In this document: in pieces, positions 12,606-22,713 of the stretch
Numbering within the stretch: the stretch's first letter is position 1
Layout: each line of letters starts with the position of its first letter
IMG/VR virus record: IMGVR_UViG_3300031418_000001
DNA length: 64,000 nt
DNA from: a virus
Lineage: Duplodnaviria > Heunggongvirae > Uroviricota > Caudoviricetes
Direction: 5' to 3' (one strand)
Position numbers and translations under genes: made by a program
Notes under the pieces: model-generated
What the model saw: the letters and a program-made list of their open reading frames with translations, nothing else
The model's database searches: none
Told to the model about the DNA's origin: nothing

Positions 12606-13296
12606 AAATATTCAATGTCCTTTCTGTAATAAGAAGTTTAAACGCGAAAGTACTTTAGCATCACACAAATGCATCAAGCGTGACCGTTATAATGAACGGG
12701 ATTCACGTCATATGAAAGTTGCATTTATGATTTGGAAAGAGTTTATGGCTTTTAATAAACTTAATATTCCTAAAAAAGTACAGCAGGACGGTGAAGAATT
12801 TTTATATTTTATCAAGAGTTCTATTTTTAGTGACTTTGATGAATTCGCAACTTACATAGTTCAGAACGATATTTTTAAACCAGAAGAGTTCATTACTCAT
12901 GTTATATCTTCTGGTATTAAATCCCGCGATTGGTGCTCTCATAAAACTTATCAGGATTGGGTACTTAAATGTACCCGATACGAACATCCACTTACTGGTA
13001 TTAATCGGAGTATTCATGCCTTGATGGATTGGGAAGCACTAACTGGTAATCCGTGGCACAGCTTCTTCAAAGAAGCATCAATAACTCGTGTCATCCAGTG
13101 GTTTGAATCTGGTAAGTTATCGCCGTGGCTCATATATTCAAGCAATACAGCAGATGATCTATTATGCCGTATTAGTGATAGTGAGTATAACCACCTGATT
13201 ACCTATATCGACCCTGGAATTTGGATTCCCATTCAGTTGCGGTATAAAGAAGACGTTAAAACTATCAGAAATAATTTAAAAGGATTTGGATTATAA
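12595..13296 (+). CDS. zinc-finger protein
   Basis: N-terminal CPFC-x12-H-x-C. Confidence 0.65.
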   Translation: MSSENIQCPFCNKKFKRESTLASHKCIKRDRYNERDSRHMKVAFMIWKEFMAFNKLNIPKKVQQDGEEFLYFIKSSIFSDFDEFATYIVQNDIFKPEEFITHVISSGIKSRDWCSHKTYQDWVLKCTRYEHPLTGINRSIHALMDWEALTGNPWHSFFKEASITRVIQWFESGKLSPWLIYSSNTADDLLCRISDSEYNHLITYIDPGIWIPIQLRYKEDVKTIRNNLKGFGL

Positions 13297-13643
13297 TGGA
13301 AAAAGAAAATATTAACGAAGATTACGATCAATCTGAGATTTATTCACGTGTAAAAGAAAAATCAGATAAACCATACCAACCGAATTTTATGAAGCGTGGA
13401 GCCACTACAACAATTACAATGGGTTCAGAAAAGTTCACCGTAATTGATCCGGTTGTGGTTGAAACTCTTATTCAGCAAGTAGCACAATTACAAACCACTA
13501 ATAACCAGCTAAAAGAACAGAGCCGATTACAAACTATAAAGATTTCTGAACTTGTACAGAAAATGAATGAACAGAGTATTCGCATTAATAAAATAGTTGG
13601 TGAGATTAGTAAAAATAGCTGGAGAGATAATGGATTATCGTAA
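13296..13643 (+). CDS. coiled-coil hypothetical protein
   Basis: Heptad-rich C-terminal half; coupled start. Confidence 0.65.
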   Translation: MEKENINEDYDQSEIYSRVKEKSDKPYQPNFMKRGATTTITMGSEKFTVIDPVVVETLIQQVAQLQTTNNQLKEQSRLQTIKISELVQKMNEQSIRINKIVGEISKNSWRDNGLS

Positions 13644-14253
13644 AGCCCATACGGACATTGACATTGATATGAAAAATCGTGATGATGTTCTTAAAGTACT
13701 TAATTGTGTAAGAAGTACCGAAACAATTACGGAAGATGGATTTACTGCACATAAAACCGGAATACATTTAGATAATATTCCGGTTGATCCAGTGAGCGGA
13801 TTAGCTGCAATTCCATATAAAGAAGCTGAAGCATTAGGCTATCAGAAAATTGACTTACTTAATGTAAGTGCGTATGATAATGTGCGAGACAGAGAACATC
13901 TAAAAGTACTTGCCACCACTGAACCTAATTGGGATTTATTTTTATATCCTGAGATTTGTGAGCAACTATTTCAGTTGAAAAACTATGTCTCGCTACTTAA
14001 TGTGTGGAAACCTAAGAGCATTGATGAATTGGCTATGATATTGGCTATGATTCGTCCAGGCAAAAGAAATTGCCAAACGTTGTATTCTTGGGATGAGGTA
14101 CGTGAGCAGATTTGGGATTATAGTACTGTTGCAACTGATGCAAATGGTAAGAAATTAAATTACTTCAAAAAACCACATGCTTATAGTTATAGTTTGTTAA
14201 TTATTGTTCAATTAAATGCATTGGTAGAGAAAATTACTTCTTCTTCCGTTTAA
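13630..14253 (+). CDS. DnaE/PolIII-alpha-like catalytic fragment (C-terminal part of a split mini-polymerase)
   Basis: TDIDID, HKTG, KIDLL, IRPG and FKKPHAYSY match DnaE PDFDVD, HAGG, KFDFL, FRPG and FNKSHSAAY. Confidence 0.85.
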   Translation: MDYRKAHTDIDIDMKNRDDVLKVLNCVRSTETITEDGFTAHKTGIHLDNIPVDPVSGLAAIPYKEAEALGYQKIDLLNVSAYDNVRDREHLKVLATTEPNWDLFLYPEICEQLFQLKNYVSLLNVWKPKSIDELAMILAMIRPGKRNCQTLYSWDEVREQIWDYSTVATDANGKKLNYFKKPHAYSYSLLIIVQLNALVEKITSSSV

Positions 14254-14599
14254 GTGCAATATTTCTTCTTTTTATACGTTTGGTCGGTAATTCTGATAAG
14301 GAAATTACTGGCCCTTGTACGTTGGTACAAGCATCTGTGTTAAAGCGTAGAGTATATTTTTCATATTCTTCCATTTCTTCACGCATAAAGAGTGAAATTG
14401 GAATAGCACGATTACTCTGCCACCACCATTGTTGTGCCAGTAAGATCAACTCTTTTTGTTTAGCTTCTGGCATATTATTAAAACAATACAAAGTAATGTA
14501 TTGCTTACTCTTGATTTTAAGCACCCCAATATACTCTTCACCATCGCATTCCAGGACGGTGATAAAAGGGAATGTAGGTTTAGTATTCATATTAAACAT
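14234..14599 (-). CDS. hypothetical protein
   Basis: 121 aa ORF filling the gap; TAAATA upstream on the minus strand. Confidence 0.7.
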   Translation of the reverse strand: MFNMNTKPTFPFITVLECDGEEYIGVLKIKSKQYITLYCFNNMPEAKQKELILLAQQWWWQSNRAIPISLFMREEMEEYEKYTLRFNTDACTNVQGPVISLSELPTKRIKRRNIALKRKKK

Positions 14600-14651
14600 C
14601 CAATAAATAAAGTAAATAACGATTTCATAATTTTATTTATAGGTGAATAAT

Positions 14652-15626
14652 ATGTCTCATTTCGGAGTATATACATACCCGTATAACCAAGAAGTAACGT
14701 TAGGTAACTTCAGTATGCCTTTTAATCAGAAAAAGGTGGTTATATACAGAGGTGCAAATAACCCACTTAGTTTCACTATACATAACGCCGATGGCAAGTA
14801 CACCTTATTAAAAGATAAAGAGTACTTAATCTTCAGTATATTCGATAACCGAAATGATACTAAGATCTTCGAAGTTCCGTTAGAAAAAACTAAACCATCG
14901 TGGGTATCAGAGGCTGGTCAGGCAAGACCAACTTTATCAATGGATAATAAAGTGTACTATACATGTGTTGTTCCTGCTGGAGTTATTCAGGATCTAAGTA
15001 TAGGTACAAAATACAGATGGAGCATTCGTAAAGTACTTGAAAATGATTCAGCTTTAGTTCCAAGTACACAGTATCTTTATACTGGTACAGCTTTTCAGGC
15101 AAGTGCTGAACTTGAAATTAGTAATTTAGCAGCACCAGAATTCGTAGGTAGTACTGAACTTAGTGAACAATCCCATGCTTCTTTTATTCCTGTAAAAGAT
15201 AAAGAAAAGCAAGATATAGCTAAAGGTTTAGTAGGTGAGTATGATGTACTTGCAAGTTATCCAGTACCAGCAGGCACACAATACGGAATGGTAGATGGAT
15301 TAAGTACAATCGCTTTCTACTTTGATAACTTTATTGGTCGGTATCAACTTCAGGGTTGCTTAAACAATGAAGTACCTAAAGATTCAGAAAACTACAAATG
15401 GTTTCCTATTAAACTTTGTGGATGTGAATACATTAAAAACGAGTTTGATGTAAATGGTGTACCTATTCCTATTAATGGAATTATTCCTTTTAACTTTAAG
15501 GGTAACTTTATGTGGGTTAGAGTTGTGGTATGTATTCCACCTACAATTAAAAATGTAACTCAGTTTACTGTACGTAAAGAATACAATCCTTATAATACGA
15601 TGCCTAAAGTACTAATTAGAAGATAA
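14652..15626 (+). CDS. hypothetical protein, probably virion structural
   Basis: Beta-rich ORF with TAAATA motifs upstream. Confidence 0.6.
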   Translation: MSHFGVYTYPYNQEVTLGNFSMPFNQKKVVIYRGANNPLSFTIHNADGKYTLLKDKEYLIFSIFDNRNDTKIFEVPLEKTKPSWVSEAGQARPTLSMDNKVYYTCVVPAGVIQDLSIGTKYRWSIRKVLENDSALVPSTQYLYTGTAFQASAELEISNLAAPEFVGSTELSEQSHASFIPVKDKEKQDIAKGLVGEYDVLASYPVPAGTQYGMVDGLSTIAFYFDNFIGRYQLQGCLNNEVPKDSENYKWFPIKLCGCEYIKNEFDVNGVPIPINGIIPFNFKGNFMWVRVVVCIPPTIKNVTQFTVRKEYNPYNTMPKVLIRR

Positions 15627-15627
15627 T

Positions 15628-15656
15628 TGAAACAATAAGTAATTGTGTGCTATACT
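15628..15656 (+). promoter_or_regulatory. phage promoter TGAAAC-N17-TATACT
   Basis: Recurrent motif upstream of primase. Confidence 0.75.
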
Positions 15657-15685
15657 ATCGGTATCTATAGGATGGATACGATAAT

Positions 15686-16714
15686 ATGAATGATGTGCAA
15701 AATATTTTAGCGGGGCTTATGAATAATCCGTGTCCACCTATTGGACGTTGGGTTAAACATAACTGCCCCGTTTGTCATAATGGACAATCAGGAAGGGTTC
15801 GTGGATCATATATCTTCGATAATGATGGATACGCCTTTCACTGTTTTAACTGTCAATACAAAGCAGGCTGGCGACCTGGAATGGTTATCGGTACTAAGTT
15901 GTTAGATTTCGCTGAAAAAAGTGGTGCGGGTTCTCATGAACTAATGCAGCTATCTTTAATATCTAAAGATATGGCTGATTCTGGTTTATATGAAATAGAA
16001 CAAAATACCAATTCAAGCATCTATCAGAAAATAACGCAACGGCAATTACCAAGCACCGCCAAATCATTTCTTGAATGGAGTACGTTAAGTTCAGTACCGA
16101 ATCAGTTTATTAAAGTTCTTGAGTCAGTTTATCAAAGAAATCCATATCTACTTGACTTGGATTTGTACTGGTGTCCTGAACAAGAGAATGATTTGTATCG
16201 TAGATATATCATACCTTACTATATTAATGGTGAGATTATTGGATATGCTGCACGTGATACAAAAGAGAAGTCAAAACTAAAGTACTTCAACCAAGTAAAT
16301 GTAAACACTTTTTATAATTTTGATTTAATGAATGACCCTCGCATAAAAACAATATATGTTACAGAAGGGGTTCTTGATGCTGCTTTATTAAATTGTATGG
16401 CTATTGGTTCATATGAAATGTCTGATATGCAGGTACAGCAACTTAAAATGGCTCAAGAACGTGGTAAGAGGGTTGTTATTATACCTGACCGTGATAAAGA
16501 TGGTATTAAAACAATAAATCAAGCACTGGATAATGGATTTTCTGTTTCATTACCAGATTGGGGAACTAAAAGAACACTTTATGGTGTAGAATATATTAAG
16601 GACTTTGAAGAAGCAACCAAGACATATGGAAGATTGTTTTGTGCTTTGTTAGTACAGAAAAGTATTATCAGTTCAGAGTTCGAAATACGGGTATTAATGA
16701 ATAAATGGATTTAG
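15686..16714 (+). CDS. DNA primase (gp61-like)
   Basis: Zn ribbon CPVC...CFNC; TOPRIM TEGVLDA and PDRD. Confidence 0.88.
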   Translation: MNDVQNILAGLMNNPCPPIGRWVKHNCPVCHNGQSGRVRGSYIFDNDGYAFHCFNCQYKAGWRPGMVIGTKLLDFAEKSGAGSHELMQLSLISKDMADSGLYEIEQNTNSSIYQKITQRQLPSTAKSFLEWSTLSSVPNQFIKVLESVYQRNPYLLDLDLYWCPEQENDLYRRYIIPYYINGEIIGYAARDTKEKSKLKYFNQVNVNTFYNFDLMNDPRIKTIYVTEGVLDAALLNCMAIGSYEMSDMQVQQLKMAQERGKRVVIIPDRDKDGIKTINQALDNGFSVSLPDWGTKRTLYGVEYIKDFEEATKTYGRLFCALLVQKSIISSEFEIRVLMNKWI

Positions 16715-16726
16715 CGGAGTATTAAA

Positions 16727-18199
16727 ATGGTATCACAGGAAGTGAAAAATTATGACCCAAATTTTCAGAAGTACATTCTGCATGTTATTTTCAATGAACC
16801 GGAAATTTTTGTGCGTTGTCAGGGTATTATTAAACCTGAATATTTTGACAAAGCGTATCAACCTACCGTTAAATTTGTTTTAGGATATGCTCAAAAATAT
16901 AATACCCTACCGCCATTGAAAGAAATTGAAGCAGAAACAACCGCAACTTTTGAAAAAGAAGAAATAAGCACACAACACCATCAAGGTCACTTAGATAAGA
17001 TTGAAAGTTTTTGTCGTCATAAGGCACTTGAACAAGCAGTTCATGAAGGTATGAAAGCAGTACAGGAACGTAAGTACGGCGTACTTGAACAGCTTGTAAA
17101 AGACGCTATGCAGGTATCACTACAGAACGATTTAGGTTCAAACTACTTCGAAGATCCTGAAGCTCGTATTCGTGCAATCTTTGATGAACAAGGCACAGTA
17201 AGTACTGGCTGGGTTGATGTAGATACACGTCTGTTTGGTGGATTTGGCCCTGGAGAACTTGAAATTTTTCTTGCTCCTTCAGGTTGTGGTAAATCAATGC
17301 TGATGCAAAACCTTGCTGTTAATTTCTCAGCACGAATGATGAACGGTGTATATATTTCTCTTGAACTTTCAGAGAACCTTGTAAACAACCGTATTGACAG
17401 TATGATGCTTGATCGTTCTAAAAAGAACATCCAGTGTAATATTGAAGATGTTGCAGCAGAGATTAAAGTACTTGAAAAGAAACGTGGTTCTTTTTATGTA
17501 AAACGTATGCCAGAGAGTTCTACTACAGTTCATGATATTCGTGCGTACCTTAAAGAATATCTGGTTAAAACTGGAATGGAACTACATTATCTTTGTGTGG
17601 ATTATCTTGATCTGTTAACTTCTCCGAAAGTTAGCAACTCATCTGATACATTCATGAAAGATAAATTTGTAGCAGAAGAATTACGTGCACTTGCTTCTGA
17701 GTTTAATATTGTAGTAATTTCTGCATCACAGCTTAACCGTGCTGGCGTAGATACAACTGAATATAGTCACTCAAACATTGCTGGTGGTATTTCTAAGATT
17801 TATACAGCAGATAACGTAATTGGTATTCGTAATACTGAATCCCTTCGTGCTCGTGGTGAAATTGTACTGGAGTTCCTTAAAACTCGTAACAGTTCCGGTT
17901 CGAACGTTAAATGCGGATTCAATGTAGATACTATGCGTGTATATGATCACCCTGAATCAACTAACGTTGGCTCAAATACTGCATTAAAGTATTCACCAAA
18001 AGAATTGAGTAATGCACTTAAAGCCCAAACTCAAGCTACTGTATCAGTAGCAACAGTTGATGTACCGGATGTATTAAATTCAAGTACTACCGATAATTCT
18101 GCACTAAATACTCAAAATAGTGGCAATGCACCTGTTAAGACCAACGGTATTAATAGTCTGCGTGATAAGCTGAAGAACAGAATGAACTCGGGAATCTAA
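16727..18199 (+). CDS. replicative DnaB-like helicase (gp41-like)
   Basis: APSGCGKS, YISLEL, VDYLDL, SASQLNR, KTRNS. Confidence 0.92.
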   Translation: MVSQEVKNYDPNFQKYILHVIFNEPEIFVRCQGIIKPEYFDKAYQPTVKFVLGYAQKYNTLPPLKEIEAETTATFEKEEISTQHHQGHLDKIESFCRHKALEQAVHEGMKAVQERKYGVLEQLVKDAMQVSLQNDLGSNYFEDPEARIRAIFDEQGTVSTGWVDVDTRLFGGFGPGELEIFLAPSGCGKSMLMQNLAVNFSARMMNGVYISLELSENLVNNRIDSMMLDRSKKNIQCNIEDVAAEIKVLEKKRGSFYVKRMPESSTTVHDIRAYLKEYLVKTGMELHYLCVDYLDLLTSPKVSNSSDTFMKDKFVAEELRALASEFNIVVISASQLNRAGVDTTEYSHSNIAGGISKIYTADNVIGIRNTESLRARGEIVLEFLKTRNSSGSNVKCGFNVDTMRVYDHPESTNVGSNTALKYSPKELSNALKAQTQATVSVATVDVPDVLNSSTTDNSALNTQNSGNAPVKTNGINSLRDKLKNRMNSGI

Positions 18200-18203
18200 T
18201 TCT

Positions 18204-18464
18204 ATGTCTAAGAAAGAAAAGCTACTTGATAGTATAATGAATTACAGTGCTCCCACTGATAAGGTACAGGCTTTAGGAAATCGGGCAAGTCATGCAATAA
18301 ATTCCATTATTAATTTACTGGAAGATATTGAAGATAATTTTGATGATGAAATAGCTGATGATTTACATCGTCGGTTATATTTGAGTATTAAAAATCGTGA
18401 CTACAGAAAATTTGAAAAAGGGTTAGAAAATATAACCCTTAATGAGAAACGGAAGCTCAAGTAA
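18204..18464 (+). CDS. hypothetical protein
   Basis: 86 aa ORF in operon context. Confidence 0.65.
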   Translation: MSKKEKLLDSIMNYSAPTDKVQALGNRASHAINSIINLLEDIEDNFDDEIADDLHRRLYLSIKNRDYRKFEKGLENITLNEKRKLK

Positions 18465-19156
18465 TGAAGAAAGCATTATTTTTATATAGTTGTTCTGGTA
18501 TTATGGAAGCACCTTGGCTATTAAATGGATATGAAGTATGGAGTTTTGACGGGCAACATGCACCTGGAATAACTCGTGATGGTAATCATGTTAAAGTTGG
18601 TATGTGGTTTGATGCTTATGATACAAAGAACCATGTACAAGATATAGTTAATATGGTTGGTGATGATGTAAAGTTTGTATTTGGTTTTCCAGAATGTACT
18701 CACATGGCTGTATCAGGTGCTGCACATTTTGCTAAGAAACTAAAGGCTAATCCAGCTATTCAGGCTGAATCTGTTGAACTGGCAAGACTCGTAATGTACT
18801 TAGGTGAAGCACTTGATGTTCCTTGGGGTTTAGAGAATCCAGTAAGTGTTCTGAGTACTATATGGCGACCATCTAACCATTCATTTCATCCTTATGAGTA
18901 CGGTGGTTATCTTCCTGCTAATGATGTACATCCATTATATCCAGAGTATATTGCTGCACGTGATGCATATCCTAAGAAAACATGCATATGGTCAGGTAAT
19001 GGATTCGTAATGCCTCCTAAAATTCCAGTACCAGTATCAGCAGGGTATAGTACTCAATATCAAAAGTTAGGCGGGAAATCTCTAAAGACAAAGAATATTC
19101 GTTCTGCAACACCTCGTGCTTTTGCTGAGGCAGTTTATCAATACAATAAAGTATAA
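18464..19156 (+). CDS. putative DNA cytosine methyltransferase
   Basis: FPECT (PC-like motif IV), ENPV (motif VI), KKTCIW, RSATPRAFAEA. Confidence 0.7.
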   Translation: MKKALFLYSCSGIMEAPWLLNGYEVWSFDGQHAPGITRDGNHVKVGMWFDAYDTKNHVQDIVNMVGDDVKFVFGFPECTHMAVSGAAHFAKKLKANPAIQAESVELARLVMYLGEALDVPWGLENPVSVLSTIWRPSNHSFHPYEYGGYLPANDVHPLYPEYIAARDAYPKKTCIWSGNGFVMPPKIPVPVSAGYSTQYQKLGGKSLKTKNIRSATPRAFAEAVYQYNKV

Positions 19157-19166
19157 GGAACTGAAT

Positions 19167-19322
19167 ATGAAAAAATTAAAAGAGAATGCAAGTTCCGGTG
19201 CTACAAGTGCTGGTGGTATTGCATCTGTTAGTACTGGATTAAATTTTCCTTTACTAACTCGTATGCCGAAGAGTAATTTCTTTGGATATAAAGAAGTAAA
19301 AAGCGATAAGAAAGGAAAATAA
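19167..19322 (+). CDS. small hypothetical protein, possible head protein
   Basis: AAGGA RBS; MKKLKE followed by NASSGATSAGGIA. Confidence 0.6.
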   Translation: MKKLKENASSGATSAGGIASVSTGLNFPLLTRMPKSNFFGYKEVKSDKKGK

Positions 19323-19323
19323 C

Positions 19324-19719
19324 ATGACACCATACACCTTTTATACAATTCATACTGTAATTGATATTGGTGATGGCAGAAATGTTGACGAAACCGAAAT
19401 ACTTAATTCAAGTAAAAACCTTACCCGTCTTCTGGAAAGTATTATGTCTTATTCATATCCAATGATGGTAAGTCTATATATTGCAGATGTGGATTTGTCA
19501 AAGAGTAATAACAGCGTGTATTACTCTTTACCTCGTTTATGGGGAGAATGTAAAATTAGTACTTTTAAATTTGCATTACCTCTTGATATAAACATTTCCA
19601 TTGACGGTGTTCCATTAGTTATGCCATGTAATGTTAATGACATACGTATTTCCAAGTTTAAACTTTCTGGTTCTGACCGTAATATCAGTATTACCAAACA
19701 AACCTTTTCGTGTGCCTGA
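19324..19719 (+). CDS. hypothetical protein
   Basis: 131 aa ORF with RBS. Confidence 0.65.
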   Translation: MTPYTFYTIHTVIDIGDGRNVDETEILNSSKNLTRLLESIMSYSYPMMVSLYIADVDLSKSNNSVYYSLPRLWGECKISTFKFALPLDINISIDGVPLVMPCNVNDIRISKFKLSGSDRNISITKQTFSCA

Positions 19720-19773
19720 TAAATAGAAATATATCTACGCACCGGAAAGGTTTTTTATTTGGAGAATAATTTA

Positions 19774-20637
19774 ATGGATATTCAAGAGTTAAGTACACAA
19801 TTACAGAAATTTGCAGACGCACAGGGTTTAAACGTTGATGTTGATGCAATTCTACAAACTATGGATGCTGGTGATTTTGTTGAAATTAATCAGGCCATTG
19901 ATAATAGCGATAACAGAAGTATTTTAAAGATTCTTCAGAAATATCGTGCACGTGCTATGGAATCGTATCAGTACTTTAGTGGTTCAAGACTTATTGAATC
20001 AGATGAATTACGTGTTATTGATGAAATGGGATTTAATGAATTAGTAGAAAATTATCACTCTTTTGTACAAGGTGCATTACATGATCATTCACATTTATCA
20101 TTAAGTGAAATGAAAGCACTTGTTAAAGAAGATCTTACCAGTACTTTAGGCAACGCTATCACCAATAGCGATAATCAAAATCAAAGCACGGTAAATCCTG
20201 AAGTTCAAGCTAAAATGAAACAAGCTGAACTACAAAAGAATACCGGTAATCCTAATTTCAACGTGACTGTTCCTAATGGAACCGGATCATCAGTTGAACA
20301 GGTACTTGGTATTGATGTTGGTAGTAACCCTAATCAGTCACTCGTTGTTACTAAAGATCCTAATCAAGCTAATCAGGTTCAGGTATTTGGTTTAAATGAT
20401 GTTGAGCCAGTACAAGAAGATGCAATGGATGTGCTTAATATGGCAGTTCAGGGTGCTGATGATGAACTAAAAGATAATGTTGATGAAAACTGTGAAGACC
20501 CTGCATTACAGGCAGAACCAGAAATGCAAATGAATCCTGAAGCTGAAATAATTGTAGTACAGGATGAAGCACCACAGGAAGATGATATTCTTAGTCAAAT
20601 TAAGGCATTTTGTTCAAGATTAAATGGGACAAACTAA
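19774..20637 (+). CDS. hypothetical acidic protein (late, possibly head)
   Basis: TAAATA at 19720; GGAG RBS. Confidence 0.65.
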   Translation: MDIQELSTQLQKFADAQGLNVDVDAILQTMDAGDFVEINQAIDNSDNRSILKILQKYRARAMESYQYFSGSRLIESDELRVIDEMGFNELVENYHSFVQGALHDHSHLSLSEMKALVKEDLTSTLGNAITNSDNQNQSTVNPEVQAKMKQAELQKNTGNPNFNVTVPNGTGSSVEQVLGIDVGSNPNQSLVVTKDPNQANQVQVFGLNDVEPVQEDAMDVLNMAVQGADDELKDNVDENCEDPALQAEPEMQMNPEAEIIVVQDEAPQEDDILSQIKAFCSRLNGTN

Positions 20638-20855
20638 TGAGAACGAGACAAACTGAACAGGGATATACAGTTATTGTTTCTAATGAGGAATACCGACTTC
20701 TGCGTAAGATTGATGCTCATCGTAATTTCCCTGTTGAAGAACTTGATGATTACTATCAGGAATTGGGTGAAAAACTCTATTCTAAATCTCTTCTAAATAA
20801 AGTACAAAAGGATGATAAAGAATATTTTGTATCATTAAAAAGGAAGGATAAATGA
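20637..20855 (+). CDS. hypothetical protein
   Basis: TAATG coupling. Confidence 0.65.
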   Translation: MRTRQTEQGYTVIVSNEEYRLLRKIDAHRNFPVEELDDYYQELGEKLYSKSLLNKVQKDDKEYFVSLKRKDK

Positions 20856-21643
20856 ATATAGATCCAAAAGCAATTGAACAAATGAAAAACCTTGCTATGG
20901 CATTTGATGATATAGATAATGGCGTCAAGCCATCCAGACAAACTAATTTGGAGTCTGGTGATAACCTATATGAATCACAAAAAGTCATGGAGAACATACT
21001 TACAAAGCTGTCAACTATTGAAGGTTTTGAATATGATAAACGTGATTATACTGATTTAAAACCTAATGTAGATTTTAATCAGAATACCAAAATGGTAGAT
21101 CAATTCAATGCTGACCAACAGCTTGCGAATATATATGGTAATCCTCAGTTATATCAGGATACTTATGTGGAAGGTGATGCACCGCAAGACTATGTACCTG
21201 AACCACAGTACGTTCGTGAAAGTGCACCAGTTGCACAGGCTCAGGTTCTTAAACCTAAAACTCCCTGGAGCATAATTTCTGAGGAAGTTAAAGGCTTAAA
21301 AAACGTTAAGAAATACAGTATTCAAAATTCATACAATAATCAAACTATCATTGATGGAATTATGATGCAGGAAGCTGCAATGGCACTTCTGAATGTACTA
21401 AATGAAGGGGGTACTTTAACTAATCCTAAAGTACTTGGTATTATAAGTTATGGAATACAATATACAACTATTCTGGAGCAAGCAATAAAATCGCTTAAAG
21501 ATCGTCAGGCTGTTCTCCGTGAATCTAATTACTCCCGTGCCGCTGAACTTGATGTTCAAATTTCTGACCAGAAAAGTAAAGCACAAGCTCTTAAAGAACA
21601 GATAAGTACCTTTATCTCAGCTAATGGGTTTAATCCGAAATAA
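20852..21643 (+). CDS. hypothetical protein
   Basis: 263 aa ORF with ATGA overlap. Confidence 0.7.
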   Translation: MNIDPKAIEQMKNLAMAFDDIDNGVKPSRQTNLESGDNLYESQKVMENILTKLSTIEGFEYDKRDYTDLKPNVDFNQNTKMVDQFNADQQLANIYGNPQLYQDTYVEGDAPQDYVPEPQYVRESAPVAQAQVLKPKTPWSIISEEVKGLKNVKKYSIQNSYNNQTIIDGIMMQEAAMALLNVLNEGGTLTNPKVLGIISYGIQYTTILEQAIKSLKDRQAVLRESNYSRAAELDVQISDQKSKAQALKEQISTFISANGFNPK

Positions 21644-21677
21644 ATAGTATAGAATTTTTTTATAAAGGAATTATAAA

Positions 21678-22283
21678 ATGGCAAAGACTTTAAAACAATT
21701 GTTAGAAAGTAATATGGAAAAAGCCGAAATCGTTCTTGCTGTTAAAGGTGAAATCGTTGACAAGCTACAGCGTCAAGCTGAAGTAATTAACAACATGGGC
21801 GTTGACGTTCTTGGGCCTTTACTTGACCGAATTAAAGCTGAACACGGCGTTGATGCTGCTGCTGCATTCAAAAATGAAATCAGTGGTTATCTTGATACTG
21901 CTGTAAAAACTATTATGGATGTTAAAGACCGTATTAGTACTGAAACACTAAAACTTACTGGTGATATTACTGGTTCTCCAGATGTTGCTGATTTAGGTGC
22001 TGGTGATTTTGATAACGTGGACGTTGAAGCTGAAACTCCATCTTTTGATATGGAAGCTGATGCAGGTCTACCAGATGCTGCTGATACTCTTTCTGATGAA
22101 GATATTGAGCCAGTACCATCTGACCGTGAAATGAAAGAAAGCGTAAAGAAAGTTGGTTTAGTACTTGAAAGTAAGTCCGGTAAAATCGGAACTAAGTATT
22201 TCTCTAACAAGAAAGAAATGCAGACTTGGTTGAACGAAAATCAGAGTAAAATCAAAAAAGTACTTAAGAAAGTAATCAAATAA
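21678..22283 (+). CDS. hypothetical acidic protein, possible prohead core
   Basis: TAAATA at 21641; leader MAKTLKQLLE. Confidence 0.65.
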   Translation: MAKTLKQLLESNMEKAEIVLAVKGEIVDKLQRQAEVINNMGVDVLGPLLDRIKAEHGVDAAAAFKNEISGYLDTAVKTIMDVKDRISTETLKLTGDITGSPDVADLGAGDFDNVDVEAETPSFDMEADAGLPDAADTLSDEDIEPVPSDREMKESVKKVGLVLESKSGKIGTKYFSNKKEMQTWLNENQSKIKKVLKKVIK

Positions 22284-22298
22284 TTTCGGAGGTACTTT

Positions 22299-22622
22299 AT
22301 GAGATATTCAGAACTAACAGAAGATGCACCACCAAAAGATATTCAGAACTTAATCCAAAGTATTGCACTATCTTTAATTGGTTCAGGACGTGAACAAGTA
22401 CATACTCAGAATCTTGTTAATGAAATTAAAAAGAGAATGGGTATTGATATTCCGTATGGTGTATTAATGGATATTCTTAATACTTTACCATTTGTTCAGG
22501 ATGCTAATTCAGATGTAATTACATTCGCGTCAAATGATTCTGATGGTAATGCAGAACCGGAAGAAAGTTCAGAACAACAAGTACAAGATATGGCAACCAA
22601 AGCCGCATCGAAAGATATTTAA
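22299..22622 (+). CDS. hypothetical protein
   Basis: GGAGG RBS; leader MRYSELTE. Confidence 0.7.
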   Translation: MRYSELTEDAPPKDIQNLIQSIALSLIGSGREQVHTQNLVNEIKKRMGIDIPYGVLMDILNTLPFVQDANSDVITFASNDSDGNAEPEESSEQQVQDMATKAASKDI

Positions 22623-22649
22623 TCCCCTCATAGTAGGGGATTTTTATTT
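22621..22649 (+). terminator. intrinsic terminator
   Basis: AATCCCCT...AGGGGATT followed by a T tract. Confidence 0.7.
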
Positions 22650-22670
22650 GTATATAGACTAAGAAACAAA

Positions 22671-22699
22671 TGAAACATATGGAAATTATGTGCTATACT
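22671..22699 (+). promoter_or_regulatory. phage promoter TGAAAC-N17-TATACT
   Basis: Recurrent motif. Confidence 0.75.
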
Positions 22700-22713
22700 T
22701 AAGGAGAAGTTAA

